Positions 56,061 to 64,000 of a DNA stretch of 64,000 nucleotides are shown here, piece by piece. This DNA is from Sporopachydermia quercuum (taxonomy: Eukaryota). Position numbers and translations under genes: made by a program. The notes below the pieces were generated by a model. The model searched no databases. It was given only the letters and a program-made list of their open reading frames with translations, and was not told the origin of the DNA. The stretch spans positions 1,613,676-1,677,675 of the forward strand of contig BCGN01000004.1 of NCBI GenBank assembly GCA_001599295.1, written 5' to 3'. The number at the start of each line of letters is the position of its first letter. The first letter of the stretch is position 1.

Positions 56061-56893
56061 GGATCTTAAAGATAAGAGAGCTACTNAGCTGTTAAATATA
56101 ACTTCTTTATAGAGAAAATGTATAATCTACCTCCATAAACAAGTAAATGATATAGTTATCTATTTCAATCNGATAGTTCAAGTAGTATACTAGGATGTAT
56201 ATAACACGTAGTTATTGTTATTAAACCGACAACAGAAGTTGAATAATAATACCTGTTGTTATTCCTCTGAACATTAGGAAACATTAGAAGATAAAGCAAG
56301 ATAAATTGAATATTTATATGACATGATAGTAAGATAAATTTTGATTATGTTTTCCAGTACTTGATGAATAAACCATTCCCTGAGACAAACCAAACTTCTA
56401 AGAATACACACATATTCCAATATACGTAGTATACAGGAGCTTCACTAGAGGGTGCGGGAACTGCATTAGAGCAGAAATATACAAGTATATACTGACGAAA
56501 CAAACATGAATATACCTGGTAGATTATCGATGGGAGTAATCTCTGCAGACATATTACTAAAACATTATGCATTTTCATTTAAAGGGTTGGTATAAATAGA
56601 ATTCATCATTGTGNTGTTAACTAGCATGAAGGACAGCTGATCTAGTGGTCATACTCTCATATACAATCACATTATCCTCTAGAACAACATGTGGTTTATT
56701 TATTCTTGGTATATCTCGTGCTGGTAGTGAATCAGTTCACACCAGAATCATGGCAACTTCACCCGCATCTCAATTGTCAAAGTTAAGATATTCTTCCCAC
56801 ATCAACGTATTTAAATGACCGATCCTATATGAGTTTTTCTCTACACTCACTAACGTATACATATCATAGTTCCATTCAATGTATATATTCTCA

Positions 56894-59020
56894 TTACTCC
56901 ACATCAAAAATATCCTGGGAGAAAAACATAATCTCCTCTACTACTTTACTAGCCCAGCTCATGTCAGTTGGCGTCTGGATCACCTTTTCAGGCATGAGTG
57001 TAGGTCCCCAAACAACTCCCAAGTTATATGCACTCATATAGTTGTACTCCATGTCTGCTGCTACTCTGCATAGATGGAATATTAATGTTCTTAATGTCCA
57101 ATAGTTGGCATCTGGTAATCTGAATACAACCTCGTGTATCTGTTTCATTCTTTCTCCATCGTCTTGCACTTGAACTGCTCGAATGAACTCAGGCCCAAGC
57201 TCATTGGTAAACAGCTGTTCAGGTAACGAAATGAAATATTGCTTCAATAAAGATGCAATGCAATGAATATGGTTCAAATCGTCTTGGTTTTTGGGTAAAA
57301 GCATATTAACATTCTTATCGAAGTCTTCATCCATAGCTCTTCGTAATTCAATAAGCTTAACACTTGAACCGTTTACTCTGTATAGACCGTTGACTTTCAG
57401 TCCGTATCTATCTAGAACATCAATAGCTTGACGGACAAACCGTGGCACTACTTCACCTTCGATTTGAGCCATGGTAGCAATAGGTGTACCAAAAATAGGT
57501 ACGTGAACTTGTTGAGGTTGCTGATATTCAGCTGAACCAAGCATGGGGTCACCAGGCACTGGCCGAGGTCCACTTACTGATGGATCTTCTGTGCCAAGAA
57601 CAGCATCTATCATTGATTTGGGGTTTCCCCCTGTTGCTGCTGTTGAGGGTGTTTTTGATGAAGCGGCTGCTGATGTTCCTTGGTTACCTAATGATGTAGC
57701 TGAATTCACGCCTGCTGTAGCAGTCGCACCTGTAGCAGCTGTGGCGCCTGCAGCTGCACCATATCCGAATCCTCGGCCTAATAACGACGATCTTCTTCCC
57801 AGATTACCACCCGTACCTGTACCTGCACCGGCCCCTCCTCCAGCAACAGTACTAGCACTGGCATTGAATGGTCCGGACGTCGATCTTGTAGCGTTAAAAC
57901 CCCCATAGCCACCTCCTAAACTATTATTATTCTCCGGTTCTTGAGAGGGATGTCGTTTGTATTCAATATCGCGTGATCTCAAACTCACCTGGTTCTTGAA
58001 TTTAATTAAATAGTCAAACAAATCCTTTTCGTTGTCAATAGCACACGCAACTTCTCTCATGGAGGTATGTTGTTTGTTGGATTTGAATGGAGATGCCAAA
58101 ACAGTTCCTGATTGGACGATCACTGTTTCACTCCAGGTAGCATACTTCTGAAGTTGAAGACTTAAAGCAGTATCGATTTCTAAAATCAGTCCTTTCAACG
58201 CTCTTCCTGTCTCTGGTCTGTATTTATCAATCAACCTTCTCAGCATAGAGTTACATGCTTGAACTTTTGATGAGTAATCGACATCCGCATGTTCAATTTT
58301 TCGTTTGAGATCTTCTTCTTGTTGACCTCCAGTACGGGTACCTCTTAATGTCAATGATTTCTTGTTAGGATCTGAGTTGTGTAATCTTTCTAGATCGTTA
58401 CAAAGACCTTCATATTTGGTTCTTGCTCGTTCGGCAGCGATTAGAGCGTCAGAATACTCTTTTTCACGTTTTCTACCTTCGTCTTTCAATGTTTTCCGTC
58501 TTTTAGCAATTGTAGTGGCCAACGATGTTAGTTCTGATGACATTGTTTGCAAACCTTTAACATAAGACATACCAACTTCGTACAGTCGCTCGTCAAATGA
58601 TAGCAATTGGTCTAGTTGGGCCTGGAATGAATCTTGACGGGCTTCCTGAGAAGCTGCTTTTGAAGTATAAGACTCTTTAGAACTTTTGGCATCCTTCTTT
58701 AGTTGAGCATAATGCGAACTTTCTTGACTGGCTTTTTTCTTCACAAACTTGGAGAATTCTTCGCAAGAGTTGATCGATGCTTTTAAACGTTTCAATAATG
58801 GATCGAATCCGACTTCGGATTCTACCACTGTATCAATGCGAACATCGTTCATTAGTTCCACTGAAGAAGCAGGAATCAAATCGGCAGCACGGCTGCTGAC
58901 ATCTGCTGTTACGTTTTGCTGTTCCACAGATGCTTGCATTTGAGCTGTTGATATGTTAGAATTCACTAGTTCCAACCCAGAGGTTTCACCCCCAGAAGCA
59001 TTTGATTCAGAGGGATCCAT
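56894..59020 (-). CDS. RGD1: F-BAR + RhoGAP protein
   Basis: SEVGFDPLLKRLKASINSCEEFSKFVKKK...RQDSF F-BAR; IFGTP...VPRFV...GLYRVNG...ASLLKQYF..LPEQL...NLGVVWGPTL RhoGAP. First ATG at 59020. Confidence 0.9.
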   Translation of the reverse strand: MDPSESNASGGETSGLELVNSNISTAQMQASVEQQNVTADVSSRAADLIPASSVELMNDVRIDTVVESEVGFDPLLKRLKASINSCEEFSKFVKKKASQESSHYAQLKKDAKSSKESYTSKAASQEARQDSFQAQLDQLLSFDERLYEVGMSYVKGLQTMSSELTSLATTIAKRRKTLKDEGRKREKEYSDALIAAERARTKYEGLCNDLERLHNSDPNKKSLTLRGTRTGGQQEEDLKRKIEHADVDYSSKVQACNSMLRRLIDKYRPETGRALKGLILEIDTALSLQLQKYATWSETVIVQSGTVLASPFKSNKQHTSMREVACAIDNEKDLFDYLIKFKNQVSLRSRDIEYKRHPSQEPENNNSLGGGYGGFNATRSTSGPFNASASTVAGGGAGAGTGTGGNLGRRSSLLGRGFGYGAAAGATAATGATATAGVNSATSLGNQGTSAAASSKTPSTAATGGNPKSMIDAVLGTEDPSVSGPRPVPGDPMLGSAEYQQPQQVHVPIFGTPIATMAQIEGEVVPRFVRQAIDVLDRYGLKVNGLYRVNGSSVKLIELRRAMDEDFDKNVNMLLPKNQDDLNHIHCIASLLKQYFISLPEQLFTNELGPEFIRAVQVQDDGERMKQIHEVVFRLPDANYWTLRTLIFHLCRVAADMEYNYMSAYNLGVVWGPTLMPEKVIQTPTDMSWASKVVEEIMFFSQDIFDVE

Positions 59021-59245
59021 GTTTGATATCAAAATGGTATTTGCAAACCGCTGAAAATTGATATGATGTATATAAATATATTTATAGCTACTGTCTACTT
59101 CGTTGTTTCAGTACTATGTGGTTGTCGGTGATAGCGTGTTCTAAGCCAGCATCAGATGATTGATTCACACCTTGACAACCTGACGTAGACAGAATCCTTA
59201 TAGTATGAAGATCTATCGAAACTCTGATGCTTTATCGTATGGTCT

Positions 59246-59590
59246 ACGCGTATTTCTATTCAATGTTGTCTTCTTTACCAGCAGAGATACTTAATCGTTT
59301 TCAGCAATAATAGTTGATAAGAAGAAAAGGGGTCAGTGACTGCTGTATTTTGCATGTGTCCGTAAGATGTATATCACGATTGGATTCTGTGTTTCGAATA
59401 AGTCACAGAGAGCAATAAGCGTCTTAGTGAATTGAGGCGGTGGAACCTGTTTTTAGAGTTTGCAAACTTTATGTGAGATTTCTGTTAACGAAAGTTTAAA
59501 TCGGCAAAAGGAGACGCGAAGTAGGGAGCTAAAAGCGGAGATTATACTTTGAATGAGTTAAGGGAATAAATTACGAGGGTATACGCGAAA
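59246..59590. promoter_or_regulatory. MCB/SCB-type elements upstream of RGD1
   Basis: ACGCGT at 59246-59251, ACGCGAA at 59514-59520, CGCGAAA at 59584-59590. Confidence 0.4.
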
Positions 59591-59689
59591 AAACTATTTG
59601 GAATGTTTAAGAAGCCTTGTTGAAGATACACGTAATACACTACTCTAAAAGTGGTAGCCGCAGTTTTTGCAGAAAGAAAAATGTATTGC

Positions 59690-60050
59690 AGATACTTCGT
59701 TTTCTGTCTGCACTGTTAGGTCAGAAGACCAGATTAATACAAATATATAGCGGATATTATGTAGATCGTCTCCGTAATTCTTTTGTGAAACCGGAGGTAT
59801 TAACTTTTTTATAGACGCTAAATCCCATAAAAACTTCTCACCTGCATATGATATAATAGAAAAGTCGTATGGAATAAGTGCAAAAAAAAATTATAGAGTT
59901 CAAAGATTAGCTAGTCCACTTAACAAAAAGAACAGAGTCAATTTGCTCGATCGTCGATTCTTAGATTAACGAGATAAATAATACGACTATTCTTAGCTCC
60001 AGGAATCTCCGCGTTCTACACCAAATATCTAAAGGGAAAAAAATGCTTTT
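59690..60050 (+). mobile_element. Possible Ty3/gypsy integrase relic
   Basis: FLSAL...YYVDRL (59761-), SYGISAKK (YG at 59868-; cf. LHGIPKKI), SAF/HQISKGK (60008-; cf. TAFHPQTDGQ). Confidence 0.42.
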
Positions 60051-60177
60051 AGACATAAATATACATCTATATATCATTCATTTTTTATACAGATAAATAG
60101 ACTATACACATGAATCAATCATACCGATATTCTAACAAACTTTTCACCGACTATTGCTGAACACATTCTAATGAATA

Positions 60178-63030
60178 TTATCCCATACTTTTGTCAACTG
60201 CTTGAAGACTAGCCTGACTAAGACCAACAGCCAATGTAAGTCCTAAAACAGTTTCCCACAGACCTTTGGTCTGAGCGAACTCCTTTTTCACATCATATAT
60301 CGTCAGCCACCCCATTTTGTTCTCCTCGTTAGGTTCGTCATCCGGTGGATTTGGATATACAAGTCCATCTCCAGCATAGTAATAATTCTGCTGGCTTTCA
60401 TCAATCTCTTTACGATAGAACGTTATATTTCTAGCATCTTTCTTGTTTCTAAGCTTAATCATCATTTGCTTTCTCGGATTATTCTCTCGAGGTCTAAATA
60501 AACCTATAATCTTCTGATCTCGTATCACGTTTTTCAGGCTACCCATTCTATGATTTCTATCAGAGTCCTCTTCATCGTCTTTAAATACAGATTGAAAGAA
60601 ATAAACATTGTTTTTACCTTTCAATGTCTTTTTGGACCTTAATTTAAGACTTTGCGAAAGCCTGGGCAACGCTCCGCATATCCATCTCTTACCATTACTA
60701 TCTCTTAGCTCATACCTATGCAGTTTATCCAGTTGCTGATTGATCTCTGGGTTGAGTAGCGCATATTTATTGTCCTCCTTATTATTTAGAAAATCAACTG
60801 GCAGCTCTATTGCTTGCGTTATCCATTCATTCACATCTCCAATGGCACCGAGTGGATCATCAGGATTAGCTGTTTGGCCAAAATCAAGGTCGTTGGCCGA
60901 CATATCGGCCTTTTCNGAAACAACTGTATCACCTGTTTGATCCTCCAGTTCGTTTATCTGGGGTATGACAACAGAATATTTTCCTCCATCAGCTTTGGAG
61001 CCTCTCTTTACACGCAACACACATGTATTGGTAGACCTATCAAAGAAGTTCAATTGAAATCCTGTTGTTAGAACTTCTTCATCAAATGGCTCTTCAGGAG
61101 CAGTCTTATTACTAGCATTTGGAACAGATGCCATATGATTTGAACGGCTTCCATATTCCAAAAAGACAAAATAAGAGGGTCCCTGTCGACAAAATCTATA
61201 TCTATTGCCAGGATTTGTAGTTAAAATGAAATCCTTTCCGCTTTTCGTTATATGATACTTCCAAAATGTTTGGTCGTAGGTGTTTTCAGATGAGCTGATA
61301 AAGTTTTCTATTCTGCTCTTACCGTTTTCTGTAGTTTCAGAGATACTCTTAGTATTGGTACCACCTTCAGCAAAGTCGCTACTGCTGAAGCTTTCAATAT
61401 CACTGTTGCTCCCATTGGATCTATTATCACTATCAGGTTCGTTTCTATGCACAAGTTTTCTTACCCAATTAGAGGACTTGGAACTCCTACCATTGACTAT
61501 ACCATTGTCGTAATTATCACTTGTACTACTAACTGGGNGACCGCTTGTACTAGATTCAAGGTTTATACGTTTACTGGATTTCGTTGCTAATAGCGATTCG
61601 TCTAAATGTTGACTAGATACATTTTTCCTGAGAGTAGAAGGGAAGCCTGTTACTTTTGGAGCGTCTGTCCTAGCAGGTGAAAAAGAGGAAAAAGAGGAAG
61701 ACGAGTTAGTGTGCTTACTTATTCTTTTTTTCTGTCCAAAGATGCCCCAGCCGTTTAATTTTTCCTGAGAAGGTTCACCAGTAGGAGGTTGTTGAGATTC
61801 GGGGGTTGGTTTGATTGGTTCAGCCTCATTAGACACAGTAGATACAGCGGGAATTTGAGCACTCCCAGAAGTTCTAACAGTTCTATCTGATGAAATAACA
61901 GTATTAAATGCAGTATTTGAGGTTACATCATCAGGCACGGACAGCACATCTGAATCACGAGAATCTTTACTTTGTTCGGGACTTATTTGCTCAGCTGTAG
62001 GCAAATTATCGATTTTATGTTCATGAATGTTGCTGTTGATGTCCAACTGCCTGACACCATTTTCCAGCCCAGTGGTACTTAATTCAGCATCAGCCACATG
62101 TTTCTCAGGCAGTACTCTAGACTTTATTCCAGTATTCTCGCTACTACTAGCAAATTCAGTCTCATTGATCTCAGTAACAGCTGCAACAGGAGGCGAGAAA
62201 TTAGTGCTCCTTTCTTTTAGCTGCTTCTTTTTCGATCCAAGCGTAATGATCTTCTTGGAGAATCCTGAAAGACTCAGCTTCTTCTTCTTTCTGACCTCTC
62301 CAGCAGCAATTGTGCCTTTGCTGACAGCTCTACTGGTAGGAGCACTACCATTGGAACCATAATCACCACCAGACGTCTGGGCTTTCTTCAATGATCCACC
62401 ATCAGCAACTGCATCCCTAATGGGAGAAGCATTATGGCCACCAAAATTCAAAGAGAACCTTCTATTTTTTGCAGGTTCACCGCGTAGGGTTACTTTGGAA
62501 AACCCATGTGACTTCGAGTCCACTGTCAAGTTTGTAGGGCTGGAAGGACTGGGTTTTAGTTGGCTAGCAGGCTTAGATCTTGTTTTTGATATTTCCAAAG
62601 ATTCCAATGGTCCTTTTCGCTCTGTCAAAGTGCCACGTGATGCTTTACTGAAGACTGGTTTCTTAGCAGTAGTGAAACNAGCTTTTGAATTACGCTTACT
62701 GCTATCAGCACGAGCCATACTTCTGCTATCAAAGGAAGTAGAAGCAGCCAATAAAGCTGAAGCAATCGCAGTTTTACTCGATCTTCTAGACCTTGCTGAA
62801 GGGTCCTTTCTCATCACAACAGTTTCATTTGGTAAGAACACCAAATCTGAGTCCTCTTTCGAGGTATCCTCGCGTGGTCTAGAAGCCACGGCAGCTGCAG
62901 CCACAGCATCCTTTGGTTGAGATCCTGTCAGAGAAGCTGATAAATACACAGGATCGGTCAGAATGCTAGTAGCCAGCCTACTATCAGATCTTCGGAATAT
63001 CGATTGACTATGATTAATAGAGGAGTACAT
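60178..63030 (-). CDS. Unknown protein: long Ser-rich disordered N-terminus and globular C-terminal domain
   Basis: 950-aa ORF; ordered-looking C-terminal blocks FWKYHI..GKDFILTTNP...CRQGPSYFV and KMGWLTIYD...GLWETVLGLTLAVG. Confidence 0.8.
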   Translation of the reverse strand: MYSSINHSQSIFRRSDSRLATSILTDPVYLSASLTGSQPKDAVAAAAVASRPREDTSKEDSDLVFLPNETVVMRKDPSARSRRSSKTAIASALLAASTSFDSRSMARADSSKRNSKAXFTTAKKPVFSKASRGTLTERKGPLESLEISKTRSKPASQLKPSPSSPTNLTVDSKSHGFSKVTLRGEPAKNRRFSLNFGGHNASPIRDAVADGGSLKKAQTSGGDYGSNGSAPTSRAVSKGTIAAGEVRKKKKLSLSGFSKKIITLGSKKKQLKERSTNFSPPVAAVTEINETEFASSSENTGIKSRVLPEKHVADAELSTTGLENGVRQLDINSNIHEHKIDNLPTAEQISPEQSKDSRDSDVLSVPDDVTSNTAFNTVISSDRTVRTSGSAQIPAVSTVSNEAEPIKPTPESQQPPTGEPSQEKLNGWGIFGQKKRISKHTNSSSSFSSFSPARTDAPKVTGFPSTLRKNVSSQHLDESLLATKSSKRINLESSTSGXPVSSTSDNYDNGIVNGRSSKSSNWVRKLVHRNEPDSDNRSNGSNSDIESFSSSDFAEGGTNTKSISETTENGKSRIENFISSSENTYDQTFWKYHITKSGKDFILTTNPGNRYRFCRQGPSYFVFLEYGSRSNHMASVPNASNKTAPEEPFDEEVLTTGFQLNFFDRSTNTCVLRVKRGSKADGGKYSVVIPQINELEDQTGDTVVXEKADMSANDLDFGQTANPDDPLGAIGDVNEWITQAIELPVDFLNNKEDNKYALLNPEINQQLDKLHRYELRDSNGKRWICGALPRLSQSLKLRSKKTLKGKNNVYFFQSVFKDDEEDSDRNHRMGSLKNVIRDQKIIGLFRPRENNPRKQMMIKLRNKKDARNITFYRKEIDESQQNYYYAGDGLVYPNPPDDEPNEENKMGWLTIYDVKKEFAQTKGLWETVLGLTLAVGLSQASLQAVDKSMG

Positions 63031-63149
63031 ATTGGAGAAACTGATTTAGGAACAATTGTAGGATTTTGTCCGTAGTTTCAAATTCAGGCCGGCAAGTACT
63101 ATTCGCCAACAGTTATCAGTAATCGGTTTNCCTTTCTCTTCCTCTTTCC

Positions 63150-63740
63150 CTTTCACTCAATATTTCTACCAGTCAAATGACACCTTTACGTGCCCCACAG
63201 TTTGAATTATAACCTAACGCCAGAACACGTTTACTANACGAAACAAGCTAAATTGACACGTTCTTTGAGCTCTTCTACTTGCATATTCTATCAACAGTTG
63301 ATTCTTTGATGTTTCTACTCCATGCAATTCTGTTTAACCAATGGCCTATACAGGAACCTNTTCTATCTACTTTATTATCTACTTGATCCAACACTTTACG
63401 TATCAGAAGATCATCAATTGTTCCAATACACGATCCAGACTGTCACTAAGCTTTTATCTAGTAATCTATCATCACTCTCACTGCATCTATGTAGCTTCCC
63501 TATTCATTACAAAAAAAAGTGTAGAAGATAATAAATGGGAGAGAGCCATTGTAATCACGAAGGTTTTGTCTCGTTATCATAAGATTTCCAACTTTAAATG
63601 TATGGTGATCTTATTATTTGGGGATGTTTTATTGGAGAAGATGATGAGCTATTTTTTCCGGAGTTTGATGATTACATGATAGGAAATTGAGAAAAGTTAT
63701 TGGTTTGATGATTATTACCAGAAATGGAATCTTCTACTGA
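63150..63740 (+). mobile_element. Degenerate Ty3/gypsy RT relic
   Basis: NDTFTCPTV, TS*IDT, LAYSINS*FFDV, MQFCLTNG (63322-; cf. MPFGLTNA), NFKC...FGDVL, KLRKVIGLM (63684-; cf. ELRSFLGLV). Confidence 0.68.
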
Positions 63741-63896
63741 AACCGGAAACTATATCCTGCAAAATGCACTTTACTACATATATACTCCAAAACAACTTTT
63801 CTCTTATTATCTCTCTTGTACTTGCCCGTTTTTACCGCCTGTGGAAACTATTATAAGCCAACAAGTAGATCAGCCCGCCAATAAGAACTGGAAAAG

Positions 63897-63964
63897 ATGG
63901 TGCAATTACCGGAAATTGCAGGTGTGGAATACGGATCAACACTGGGGAAAGGATCGTTTGGAAT
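63897..63964 (+). CDS. First exon of a Ser/Thr protein kinase, probably Chk1-like (continues beyond the window)
   Basis: MVQLPEIAGVEYGSTLGKGSFG (Gly-rich loop) followed by the 5' splice site GTGAGT at 63965; LP.I..V..G.T.G.G.F resembles yeast Chk1 N-termini. Confidence 0.65.
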
Positions 63965-64000
63965 GTGAGTATGGGTCCGAGCAAATAAGCCGTTCATTGA

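Noticed and set aside
1559..62920. Numerous 60-170 aa ORFs antisense to or nested in long genes (e.g. 1559-1867, 32120-32500, 57543-57908, 62420-62920)
   Set aside because: Shadow ORFs of codon-biased or low-complexity coding sequence; no independent motifs.
1..64000. tRNA, rRNA, CRISPR arrays, intact LTRs or telomeric repeats
   Set aside because: No cloverleaf or A/B-box pair, rRNA-like stretch, spaced repeat array or long direct repeat was seen by eye; tRNAscan-SE, Infernal and LTRharvest would be needed to exclude them.

Overview
Fungal nuclear DNA from a budding yeast (Saccharomycotina-like). It uses the standard code (CTG=Leu at invariant positions) and short GTAAGT/GTGAGT...CTAAC...YAG introns; scattered N bases indicate an imperfect consensus. 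About 23 protein-coding genes are visible: GSP1/Ran, SEC72, a ULS1-like SNF2-RING ATPase, HRI1-like, a ZZ/EF-hand protein, ERV14, AME1/CENP-U-like, NAM8/NGR1-like, MET8, EFM3-like, SDS23/24, JEM1/DNAJC3, APE3, a dihydroxyacetone-synthase-type transketolase, an STL1-like sugar porter, a SOU1-like SDR, a Zn2Cys6 factor, an orphan RD-rich protein, a truncated cullin-4-like protein, RGD1, an unknown protein, the first exon of a CHK1-like kinase and an unidentified terminal exon. Three things stand out. (1) Most intergenic spacers, when translated by hand, read as heavily decayed Ty3/gypsy pol sequence (RT, RNase H, integrase motifs in correct order); about 15 separate fossils are invisible to the ORF track. 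(2) A candidate four-gene polyol/ketose utilisation cluster at 30956-49083 comprises a PTS1-less DAS-like transketolase, a transporter, an SDR with an NAD-type Asp and a regulator, with shared Mig1/CreA-type sites. (3) The cullin-4-like ORF ends before its neddylation (WH-B) domain. All family calls come from remembered motifs, not from database searches.
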